NCBI GenBank assembly: GCA_041659265.1
Contig: JBAZYP010000009.1
Coordinates: 12,201-76,200 of the forward strand
Length of the DNA stretch: 64,000 nt
Direction of reading: 5' to 3'
From: Candidatus Pacearchaeota archaeon
GTDB taxonomy: Archaea > Nanobdellota > Nanobdellia > Pacearchaeales > GW2011-AR1
Each line of letters opens with the position of its first letter. Within the stretch, counting starts at the first letter, position 1. Below the pieces are notes generated by a model. That model worked only from the letters and a program-made list of their open reading frames with translations. It did not search any database and was not told where the DNA came from. The position numbers and the translations under genes were made by a program. Shown here piece by piece: positions 36,017 through 44,585 of the stretch.

Positions 36017-37936
36017 ATGAATAGAATAAAGGGGCGGTATTATTTGGTGATAGGTTTATTTTACTTATTTTTTCTATTAAATTCAGTAATAATTGCTCAA
36101 GATGTAGAAACTGGGATGAATGTTACAGTTAGTCCTCCTATTCTTATTCAACTAATACCTAATTTTACATGGGAAACTAATCAAAATCTTACTAATGCCT
36201 TTTGTTTAGATGATTATTTTAAAGACCCTTCTGGATTTAGTTTAAATTATACATTTACCAGTGTTCCTAATATTCTTGTTGTGATTAATTCTACAACAAA
36301 TAATGTTTCTTTTTATCCTGATTTTGGATTTATGGGTATTAGGAATATAACTTTTTATGCTACCAATGATATGGGAACTACTCCAAGTAATCCTGTTACA
36401 TTATTTGTAAATTTAGATGACGAGGCACCTAAATGGAAGAATCCTGGAAAAAATAAAGTAAATGTTTATCAAAATGATTATGTAAATTTTACAACAACTT
36501 GGACTGACAATTATCAATTGCAGGGTTATACATTTTATTTAAGGCAACAAGGTGCTTGGGTTAGCACTCCTGGAAGTTTTAGTGGAATTGAAAATATTTC
36601 GAGAGCTAGTGCCCAGATAGTAAGTATTCCTGGAAATTTTATTTATTGGTATTTTTGCGCAAATGATACCTCTGCAAATTCAAATTGTACTGATTTATAT
36701 TCTTTTAATGTATCTGTGCCCCCTGTTGTTGATAATCCTCCATCTGTATCTCCCCCTTCATCAGGAGCAACTTCACCACCTCCTGCAACAACCACTCCAC
36801 CTGCAACTGGTGCTGCAGTAGTTCAATCTGAAGCAAAAAAGAAAATAAAGGATTTTTTAGTCGAACCCAGTTTTTTTAAGATTTCTATGAAACAAGCATC
36901 TGTTGATACTAGAATATTAAAAATAACTAATATAGGTAATACTGAAATTTTCATAAATTTGAGTCTTCTTGGTGTAGAAGATTTTGTCGTATTAAGTGAA
37001 AATTCATTTAATTTAACTAATGGCGAGGTTAAGAAAATTACAGTTGATTTCATAACAAAAAATAATACTGTTCCTGATCAATATTTTGGAAGAATAATAG
37101 TTTCTTCTTCTCAAATTCAAGAAGTTCCGGTTATTATTGATGTTAATCCTATTAATCAAAAATTTTCAGTTGATGTAAATATTTCTGAAAAATATAAGGT
37201 AGTTAAACCTGGTGAGATGGTACAAGCGAATATCATCATTAAGAACATAAAGGATATTACTCCTACAAATGTTAAATTACATATTGCTATAAAAGATTTT
37301 TCAGGAACAATTTATGATTCTTATGAGGAAGATATTCTTTTTGATGATACTTTAAATCTAATAAGAAATATCACTGTACCTTCAAATACAATTGTAGGGG
37401 AATATTTATTTTATGCTAGAATTTATGATGAAAATAATATTGCTATTGATTCAGATAGTTTTCAGGTTGGAACAAGATATTTATTAGCAGTTTATTTTAA
37501 AAAATATTTTTTATTTATTCTATTATTATTTTTATTTATTTTAACTATCTTTTTGATACTTAGATATAAAAAGGAAAGAGAGAAGGAACGAACTTTAACT
37601 CTTTATTTAATGCTTACAGAATTAAAGAATTTAATAAAAGATGGCAAGTTTGATAAAGCTGTACAATTATATATTAGAATAAAAACTATTTATGGCGAAC
37701 CTGTATCAAGAGCCAGTATTAAAGACAAAGAAAAATTAAAAGAAGAAATTGAAAAACTTTCTAATAAATTAAAGGGAGAATTGGAGACAGCAAAAGAAGC
37801 TAATTCAGATAAAGAAAAAAGCGATACAAAAAAATCTGAGGATATAAAAGAAGTCAATAAAGAAGAAACTATTGTAAAAAATGAAGAAAAAAAAGAAAGT
37901 GAAAATGAGGTAAAAAATGAAGAAAAAACCAAGTAA
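36017..37936 (+). CDS. single-pass surface protein: Ig-like domains, Pro-rich linker, two beta-sandwich (CARDB/COG1470-like) domains, TM, helical tail
   Basis: ATG 36017 (track start is TTG 36002). Signal anchor YYLVIGLFYLFFLLNSVIIAQD, linker PPVVDNPPSVSPPSSGATSPPPATTTPPATG, TM FLFILLLFLFILTIFLIL, tail motif KAVQLYIRIKTIYGEPV. Confidence 0.75.
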   Translation: MNRIKGRYYLVIGLFYLFFLLNSVIIAQDVETGMNVTVSPPILIQLIPNFTWETNQNLTNAFCLDDYFKDPSGFSLNYTFTSVPNILVVINSTTNNVSFYPDFGFMGIRNITFYATNDMGTTPSNPVTLFVNLDDEAPKWKNPGKNKVNVYQNDYVNFTTTWTDNYQLQGYTFYLRQQGAWVSTPGSFSGIENISRASAQIVSIPGNFIYWYFCANDTSANSNCTDLYSFNVSVPPVVDNPPSVSPPSSGATSPPPATTTPPATGAAVVQSEAKKKIKDFLVEPSFFKISMKQASVDTRILKITNIGNTEIFINLSLLGVEDFVVLSENSFNLTNGEVKKITVDFITKNNTVPDQYFGRIIVSSSQIQEVPVIIDVNPINQKFSVDVNISEKYKVVKPGEMVQANIIIKNIKDITPTNVKLHIAIKDFSGTIYDSYEEDILFDDTLNLIRNITVPSNTIVGEYLFYARIYDENNIAIDSDSFQVGTRYLLAVYFKKYFLFILLLFLFILTIFLILRYKKEREKERTLTLYLMLTELKNLIKDGKFDKAVQLYIRIKTIYGEPVSRASIKDKEKLKEEIEKLSNKLKGELETAKEANSDKEKSDTKKSEDIKEVNKEETIVKNEEKKESENEVKNEEKTK

Positions 37937-40409
37937 AACTTTAAAGAATTCTTTTTATCTGTTTTTTATTTTTTTATTAATATTTGGAATAATTTCTAAT
38001 GCAAATGTAAATGTACATGCAATTGATTCAGCATATGGGCCTAAAATTGAAAAAGAACTTTATACTATTTCAAGAAATAAAGTAGATAGGCTTGTTTATA
38101 AGGGAGATATATTTAGAGATTTTATTGATATTACTTATTCTGGAAGTTCTGGCTCTGAAGTTACTTTTGCGGTTAGCGATGAATTAACAGAAATTATTGA
38201 ATTTGAAACAGCAGGAGTTATTCTAAATTCCAATAATTATTCTAGAGCAAATTTTTTATTAAAGGGAAAGGAAATTGGTAATTATTCTGGATTTATTAAA
38301 TTAAAGGGAGGTATTATTGAAGATATTCCTGTAAATGTAACTGTAATTGAACCTAAAATAGATCCCCCATTAATAATAAGTCTTGAATTATCCGAGTCTA
38401 AGTTTGTTCTTAATAGGCCTTTTGAATTTAAGTTAAATATAAATAAATTAAAACCGGATTTTATAAACAACGTTTCAATTGCATATAGAATTAGGGACAG
38501 TAATAATAAAACTTTTTTTTTGGGTTCTGAACAATTAGATATTCAAACTTCTTTTCAAATTGTCAAGAAATTTAAAATACCTGATGAAATTGATGAAGGG
38601 CAATTTATTTTAGAATGTGAAACTCAATATGAGGATAAAAGGATAATTACTTCTTCAATATTCCTATTAAGAAGACCTTTTATGAAGATACTTATTTTTG
38701 GTTTTTTCCCAATGTGGTTGCTTATAACTATTTTAGGTTTGTTATTTTTTAGTGCTCTTGTTTTTTATCTTATAAGAATGAATTTAGCTAAAAGAAGAAA
38801 ATATCAGATGAAACTTGATTTAAAAACTATTCCTATAAAAGAACCTGGTTTTTTATTTTTAGGTAAAATTGCAGAGAAGAGCAATAAGGCTTATCTTGAT
38901 CCTTATAGGTTAACTACTCATAGTATTGTAGCAGGTGCTACTGGTGGAGGAAAATCAATTGCAGCTCAAGTAATTGTTGAAGAGGCCTTAATAAATAATA
39001 TTGCGGTTATTGTTATGGATCCAACTGCACAATGGTCCGGAATGCTAAGAAAATGTACTGATAAAAAGATGATGTCTTATTATCCTAATTTTGGTTTAAA
39101 AGAAACAGACTCAAGAGCATTCAAGGGTAATGTAAGACAAATAAAGAATGCTCGAGAAATAGTTCATGTTGAAAAATATATGAATCCGGGTCAAATACAG
39201 ATATTATCTCTTAATAAATTGGATCCAAAGGATATGGATTTTTTTATTGCTAATTTTATTAGGCAGATATTTAAGTCAGATCCTAAAGAATCTCCAAATC
39301 TTAAATTATTACTAGTTTTTGATGAGGTTCATAGACTTTTATCAAAATTCGGAGGTACTGGGGAAGGGTTTTTGCAAGTTGAAAGGGCATGCAGAGAGTT
39401 TAGAAAATGGGGTTTAGGAGTAATGTTAATCTCTCAGGTCTTAAATGATTTTGTTGGAGAAATTAAAGCAAATATTTCTACAGAAATTCAGATGAGAACT
39501 AGAGATGAAGGAGATTTAAAAAGAATTCAGACTAAATATGGTGATGAATTCTTACGTTCTTTAGTGAAAGCTTCTGTAGGGGTTGGTATGTTTGTAAATC
39601 CTGCTTATAATCATGCTAGACCTTATTTTGTAAACTTTAGGCCTATATTACATAATACTAGAAGATTGCCTGATGAAGAATTGGAACGTTATAATAAATA
39701 TAATGATATTTTGGAAGATTTAGAATTTCAGACAGATCAACTAGAGAAAGAAAAATTAGATGTTTTTGATCTTAAAATGGAATTAAAACTTGTTAAAGAT
39801 AAAATTATGACAGGAAATTTTTCGGTTGTAGAAATTTATTTAGAGGGATTAACTCCAAGAATTGCAAAAGAATGGGAAAAACTCGGGAAACAACCAAAGA
39901 AACTTGAAGTAGAACTTATTTCTGAAGATGAAATAAAAAAATCAATCGAAGAAGCAAAAAACGCAAGAAAAAAATATGAGCTTGAAGAAGCTAAGAAAAA
40001 AGCTAAAGATGAAAAAGAAGTAGTTAAAGCCCCGGAAAAAGAAAATCTTGATTTGAAAGAAGTTAATCCAATAACTTTTGATAATGGAATTATGGTTTCA
40101 AGTTTAAAAGAACTTAAAAGTGTTTTACCTACTATGGATATAAGTATTTTTAAAATTCATGTAAATGATCAAAAAAATGAGATTGCTGATTGGATAGAGA
40201 AAAATATATCTCCGGAGTTAGGGGTTAGATTAAAAGATGCTAAATTAAAATCACAAATGATTAAAGTTATGGATGATTTTGCTAAAGGAATTGTAGAAGA
40301 GAAGAAAGAAGAGAAGAAAGAAGAGAAGAAAGAAGAGAAGAAAGAAGAGAAAATAGTAGATAATAAATCTCCAGTAAATACAACCCCTGTAAATACGCCT
40401 CCAAAATAA
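37917..40409 (+). CDS. ectodomain-TM-fused HerA/FtsK-like P-loop ATPase (830 aa), paralog A
   Basis: Signal peptide, two beta-sandwich domains and a TM (MWLLITILGLLFFSALVFYLI). Then Walker A VAGATGGGKS, Walker B LLLVFDEVHRL and REFRKWGLGVMLISQ. Coiled-coil C-terminus and an (EEKK)n tail. Confidence 0.8.
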   Translation: MKKKPSKTLKNSFYLFFIFLLIFGIISNANVNVHAIDSAYGPKIEKELYTISRNKVDRLVYKGDIFRDFIDITYSGSSGSEVTFAVSDELTEIIEFETAGVILNSNNYSRANFLLKGKEIGNYSGFIKLKGGIIEDIPVNVTVIEPKIDPPLIISLELSESKFVLNRPFEFKLNINKLKPDFINNVSIAYRIRDSNNKTFFLGSEQLDIQTSFQIVKKFKIPDEIDEGQFILECETQYEDKRIITSSIFLLRRPFMKILIFGFFPMWLLITILGLLFFSALVFYLIRMNLAKRRKYQMKLDLKTIPIKEPGFLFLGKIAEKSNKAYLDPYRLTTHSIVAGATGGGKSIAAQVIVEEALINNIAVIVMDPTAQWSGMLRKCTDKKMMSYYPNFGLKETDSRAFKGNVRQIKNAREIVHVEKYMNPGQIQILSLNKLDPKDMDFFIANFIRQIFKSDPKESPNLKLLLVFDEVHRLLSKFGGTGEGFLQVERACREFRKWGLGVMLISQVLNDFVGEIKANISTEIQMRTRDEGDLKRIQTKYGDEFLRSLVKASVGVGMFVNPAYNHARPYFVNFRPILHNTRRLPDEELERYNKYNDILEDLEFQTDQLEKEKLDVFDLKMELKLVKDKIMTGNFSVVEIYLEGLTPRIAKEWEKLGKQPKKLEVELISEDEIKKSIEEAKNARKKYELEEAKKKAKDEKEVVKAPEKENLDLKEVNPITFDNGIMVSSLKELKSVLPTMDISIFKIHVNDQKNEIADWIEKNISPELGVRLKDAKLKSQMIKVMDDFAKGIVEEKKEEKKEEKKEEKKEEKIVDNKSPVNTTPVNTPPK
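40296..40350 (+). repeat. 12-nt coding tandem repeat GAAGAGAAGAAA x about 4.5 (EEKK)n
   Basis: Read directly from the sequence. Encodes EEKKEEKKEEKKEEKKEEK near the ATPase C-terminus. Confidence 0.9.
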
Positions 40410-40487
40410 GAAAATAACTAATATTAATTAAATAATTAAACTATTTAATAATTAAATAATTAAATAAACTAAATTAAAAAAATTAAA

Positions 40488-41408
40488 ATGAATCTAATCA
40501 TAATTTTTATTATTCTAGGAGTTATCTTATTTTTTTTAATAATTTTTTTTGTTTTTGTTTATTTTTTAAACAAGAAAAAAGAAAGTAGATTGTTTGATGA
40601 TGAATCTAGCGGTTATTTTAGGAAATTTTTTAGAAGATTAAATCCATTTATTTTTTCTGATCAAGAGTTTAATGAAAATATGGAGGGTATTGGTGGAAAT
40701 AATGAAAATTTAAAAGAAAATCTTAAAAAGATAATGTTATCTAGTAATAAAATCACTAAAGATTCTCTTATTAATAAAACAAAAAATAAAAAAATTGATG
40801 AACTTAATAAAGAAAGTCAACCTAATCCTCCTATCTTAAATAATAAACCTATTGATAATAATTTACCTACTAATACTCCTGAAATTCCGAATAAACCTTT
40901 GGCTGTTACAAATGTTAATTTAAATGTAAAAGCAGGTGATAAAACTGTTGCACCCATAAATCCAGTTATACCGGCTCCTAAAAATCCTATAAAATCAAAA
41001 CTTCCTTCAAAACTTCCTTACGAAGGTCCAAAAACAGTTAATTTTGAAACTATTGTTGAAGCTGTAAAAGATGAAGAATTATTGATAATCTTAAAGGCTC
41101 TAAAGGAGAAGTATAATAAATTTCTTGAAAAAAGAACATTAAATAAAAACTTTAATTCTTATGAGGAGCTTCTTGATTTTTTAAAAAATGAGATAAAACT
41201 TTTTTTAAAAGATACTTATGAAGCATTAAAATCTGAGATTTCTACATTAAGAAGATCTGGAAAAGATACTAATGAGCAATCTATAAGGTTAATGTCTGTA
41301 CCTTTAAAGATAAAAATATATGAATCTAATCCCTCAATAAAAAATTTTAATAATGTTTTAGAAATTATTGGACATATTGAAGAAGGCATTAATAATCTTA
41401 AAAAATAA
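40488..41408 (+). CDS. N-terminally anchored cytoplasmic(?) protein with Pro/Asn-rich linker and helical C-domain
   Basis: TM LIIIFIILGVILFFLIIFFVFVYFL followed by a basic stretch, a PNPPILNNKPIDNNLPTNTPEIPNKP linker, and a helical C-terminus. Confidence 0.6.
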   Translation: MNLIIIFIILGVILFFLIIFFVFVYFLNKKKESRLFDDESSGYFRKFFRRLNPFIFSDQEFNENMEGIGGNNENLKENLKKIMLSSNKITKDSLINKTKNKKIDELNKESQPNPPILNNKPIDNNLPTNTPEIPNKPLAVTNVNLNVKAGDKTVAPINPVIPAPKNPIKSKLPSKLPYEGPKTVNFETIVEAVKDEELLIILKALKEKYNKFLEKRTLNKNFNSYEELLDFLKNEIKLFLKDTYEALKSEISTLRRSGKDTNEQSIRLMSVPLKIKIYESNPSIKNFNNVLEIIGHIEEGINNLKK

Positions 41409-41439
41409 TTAGACTAAATAATTTGTTAATACTTAAGAT

Positions 41440-43134
41440 TTAATCTTCATCATCTTCCCTACGTTTAATAATAAATATGATTATAATCAGGATAATAATC
41501 AATATAATTAATATTATTATGATGTAGGTTATTAAAGTAAGATTTTCTATTCTTAAATCCATTTTATCTATAGTTAAAACATAGACAAGATTATCCTCTT
41601 TTTCACCTGAATAAACTGTAAGTTTTATAAATGGATTTTTTAATAAATCTTCTTCATTTAATTCTTCATGAATTAGAATGTCTTGTGATTTTTTACTTTT
41701 TATTAGAACAGATCCTTCTATACCTAATGTCCTTTTAGTATAACCCATTATTACATCTTTTAGCTCAAAATCTATCCAACAATCTATTTCATAGGGGTTA
41801 TTAATTCTTAATTTAAAATATTTTTTTTGTTTATTATATTTTAAGAATTTTATATCTTCTTTTGAAAGTTTGCATCTATCTAATACTTCTACTATTGTTA
41901 CATTTACTCTTGCAGTTAGAACTTTATCTAAAGAACTTGAAATTTCTCCTAATAGGGCATAAACATCTGCTTCTAATGTATCACCAACAGTAGCATTAAC
42001 AATATAACTTATTGTTTTATAATCTCCTGGAGCTATAAAAATAGGGTCTATATCTCCTACACGGATTCTATCTGTACCGGAGATTAATGTAATTGTTCCT
42101 TTTATAAATGCAGGGACATTAGAATCACTTTTATAGGTAACTTCTAATTGTTTTGTTGCTTTATTATATTTAATAGATTTAATAGAAATTTGAACATTTG
42201 GAGTTGGTAGTGGAAAGATATCTAACCCTTCAATAGCTGAAATTCCTTTTGTTTCTGCTCTTGCACCCCTAGCAAATTTAACCATAACACTAACTCCTGT
42301 ACTTCTCTTGATATTTGTTGCTGCCCCCACCAATTCATTTCCTACAAGAACACCAACTTCTATACCTGAATTTTTAAGATAATCTTTTATTTGATCTGGA
42401 ACATTTTCTCTTCCTGTGAAAAGCACTGGTTGAATTCCATTCATTAATTCTCTTTCTATAAATTCTCCATTTGTTAAAGCTACTTGCTTTGTTGGTTTAA
42501 TAGCTAAATATCTTTTAACTATTTCAATATTATCTTTAAATTTATCTTCGTTATCTATTACTTCTGGATTGTATTTATTTAACATATCCCTAACTTCTCT
42601 ATCAATATAACCGTAGATTATTATTTTTTTTATTGTTCTTTTAGAAAGAATATTCTCTATTTCCATACTATTTTGTCTATTTGCAAGAAATACCCAAGAT
42701 CTAGTTGTTACTGCATAGGGAGCTACAGCCATAGCGTTAAATCCATAGGAATCTCCAACAACAATAAAATTTTCAATATCAACTAAATCATTAATTAGTT
42801 CTAAATTGGCACTATCTACACTTAATTCATCAGCACCAGCAAAACTTTTAGAAGTTATAACATCTGGATAATTAAATACATAAGGTTTTGATTTAGATGT
42901 GATTACCCTTATACTGTTTTTTTTATCAATATTATTTAATAATAATTGACCGTGATTTGTACTTACAAGAAAATCACTACCTATTTTTTTAAGATTAGCA
43001 TAATGTATTGTTGAATATACATCCTGCCAATTTTCGGAATTTGATATCACATGGGTAATTTCTTGAGAACTAATAAAATTTATAGCTAATAAGGAAAATA
43101 ATACGCTTAAAAAAATTATACCACTCTTTTTCAT
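41440..43134 (-). CDS. surface protein with three CWB2-like alpha/beta repeats, CARDB-like domain and C-terminal TM
   Basis: Signal peptide IIFLSVLFSLLAINFISSQ. Three ~90-aa units resemble cell-wall-binding repeat 2 (e.g. FIVVGDSYGFNAMAVAPYAVTTRSWVFLAN...KKIIIYGYIDREV). C-terminal poly-Ile TM plus KRREDDED. Confidence 0.55.
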   Translation of the reverse strand: MKKSGIIFLSVLFSLLAINFISSQEITHVISNSENWQDVYSTIHYANLKKIGSDFLVSTNHGQLLLNNIDKKNSIRVITSKSKPYVFNYPDVITSKSFAGADELSVDSANLELINDLVDIENFIVVGDSYGFNAMAVAPYAVTTRSWVFLANRQNSMEIENILSKRTIKKIIIYGYIDREVRDMLNKYNPEVIDNEDKFKDNIEIVKRYLAIKPTKQVALTNGEFIERELMNGIQPVLFTGRENVPDQIKDYLKNSGIEVGVLVGNELVGAATNIKRSTGVSVMVKFARGARAETKGISAIEGLDIFPLPTPNVQISIKSIKYNKATKQLEVTYKSDSNVPAFIKGTITLISGTDRIRVGDIDPIFIAPGDYKTISYIVNATVGDTLEADVYALLGEISSSLDKVLTARVNVTIVEVLDRCKLSKEDIKFLKYNKQKKYFKLRINNPYEIDCWIDFELKDVIMGYTKRTLGIEGSVLIKSKKSQDILIHEELNEEDLLKNPFIKLTVYSGEKEDNLVYVLTIDKMDLRIENLTLITYIIIILIILIIILIIIIFIIKRREDDED

Positions 43135-43281
43135 TAATGATACTCTTAAAGTTAAATATATAAAATTTTCTATATTATTTATTCTATTTTAAGTATAGAA
43201 TTTTATGATATTAATAGAGGTATCAAATTTAAGAGTGGAAAATATCTGAAACTTTATATACTTTGTTTTTTAATTTATAAT

Positions 43282-44091
43282 ATGTTTAATATCCTTTTTA
43301 ATCCTAAAAAAGCACAGAGACATCCAATAGAAATGATGTTTATTGGAATGTTTTATTCTTCTATTTCTATTTTATTAAGCGCATGGCTTTTTCCAGATCA
43401 TACTTCTCTAGTTATGGTATTTTTTACAGTTCTTTCTTGTTTATATGTTGTTCAGGGTGCAATAAAGCATGAAGAATCTATAGAAAGATCTTATAAAACT
43501 GAATTTTGGATATTAAAACATCATTCAAAACTTTTAGTTTTTTTATTATTTCTTTTTTTGGGATTTGTTTTTTCATTTGCTTTTTGGAGTTTCTTTTTAC
43601 CGGGTGATAATTCTAATAATGTTTTCGGGCTTCAAAAAGCGGTTGTTGAAGGTATAAAAACTAGTTCTATAAAGGGAGATTTTACAAATTCTAATCAGGT
43701 TATTTTTGCTATTTTAGCAAATAATTTGAAGGTTAGTATTCTTTCTTTAGTTTTAGCATTTTTTTATGGTGCTGGAGCAATATTTGTTTTAGTATGGAAT
43801 GCTAGTGTAATGGGTTTAGTTATTGGTAATTTAGCAAAAGTTAAATTTGGAATATTAGGGCTTCCTATAGCATTTACAAAATATTTTGTTCACGGGATTC
43901 CTGAAATGCTTGCATATTTAGTTGTTGCAATAGCTGGAGGGATAATTTATACTGCGGTTTGGAAAGGGGATTTTTTGAAATATGGCAGATCAAAAAAGAT
44001 TTTTCTTGATGTAATTGTTTTAATATTTATCTCCTTATTATTATTAGTATTTGCAGCATTAATTGAAGTATACATTTCTCCTTATATCTAA
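43282..44091 (+). CDS. SpoIIM/DUF95-like integral membrane protein
   Basis: ILANNLKVSILSLVLAFFYGAGAIFVLVWNASVMGLVIG and HGIPEMLAYLVVAIAGG match the stage II sporulation protein M family pattern. Five or six TM helices. Confidence 0.65.
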   Translation: MFNILFNPKKAQRHPIEMMFIGMFYSSISILLSAWLFPDHTSLVMVFFTVLSCLYVVQGAIKHEESIERSYKTEFWILKHHSKLLVFLLFLFLGFVFSFAFWSFFLPGDNSNNVFGLQKAVVEGIKTSSIKGDFTNSNQVIFAILANNLKVSILSLVLAFFYGAGAIFVLVWNASVMGLVIGNLAKVKFGILGLPIAFTKYFVHGIPEMLAYLVVAIAGGIIYTAVWKGDFLKYGRSKKIFLDVIVLIFISLLLLVFAALIEVYISPYI

Positions 44092-44376
44092 TTTGATAGA
44101 TTTGATTTATATTAATAATTTATATCTATGAAATTCATGATTAAGATTAGGTTCGTATAAATTATTATTAAAAATTATTAAAAAGATGAGAGGAAAAAAA
44201 TCCTTGTTATAAATTGGAGTTAATATTTTAGGCTTTGTTACGGAGTTCTTTAAACTCCGAATAAGAACGCAACTATTAAAGGCTAATAAGACAAAAGTTT
44301 CTTAAAAAATAATCATTTCGGACAGAGCGATATTTTAGATAAATTTATAAATAAAGATTTATTTATTTGGATATAA

Positions 44377-44397
44377 AAAGTACATAAAAAGTACTTT
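44377..44397. promoter_or_regulatory. palindrome AAAGTAC-N7-GTACTTT just upstream of the AbrB-like gene (candidate operator)
   Basis: 7-bp perfect inverted repeat ending 11 nt before ATG 44409, with AT-rich TATA-like sequence adjacent. Confidence 0.3.
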
Positions 44398-44408
44398 AAA
44401 AGTATCAA

Positions 44409-44585
44409 ATGACGGAAATCTTATTTAAAGGATCTAAAATTCAGACTGGAGAAAGAATAAAAATTCCTAAACCTATAGTAGATACTCTAAACCTTTATTC
44501 TGGCCAAGGGATTATAATTATTTTTGATGCTGAAAAAAAAGAAATAATTATTAGAGAAGAAAAGAATAAAAAAGATAAAAAATGA
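44409..44585 (+). CDS. AbrB/SpoVT-type DNA-binding protein (58 aa), not in ORF track
   Basis: Translation MTEILFKGSKIQTGERIKIPKPIVDTLNLYSGQGIIIIFDAEKKEIIIREEKNKKDKK, a swapped-hairpin barrel pattern (RIKIPKPIVDTLNL..G). ATGA overlap with the next gene. Confidence 0.6.
   Translation: MTEILFKGSKIQTGERIKIPKPIVDTLNLYSGQGIIIIFDAEKKEIIIREEKNKKDKK

Noticed and set aside
37690-37932. 80-aa minus-strand ORF; similar antisense ORFs at 36823..37053, 38282..38470, 52750..52977, 58573..58848, 53926..54150, 54513..54695, 56420..56698, 62298..62507 and 62593..62790
   Set aside because: All are embedded antisense in well-supported long genes. Their translations are Ser/Phe/Leu/Ile low-complexity, which is typical of AT-rich shadow ORFs.
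40410-40487. CRISPR-like or tandem repeat in the AT-rich spacer (recurrent AATTAAATAATTAAA)
   Set aside because: This is low-complexity AT-rich sequence only. It lacks regularly spaced repeats with unique spacers, and no cas genes are present. No CRISPR array was seen anywhere in the window.
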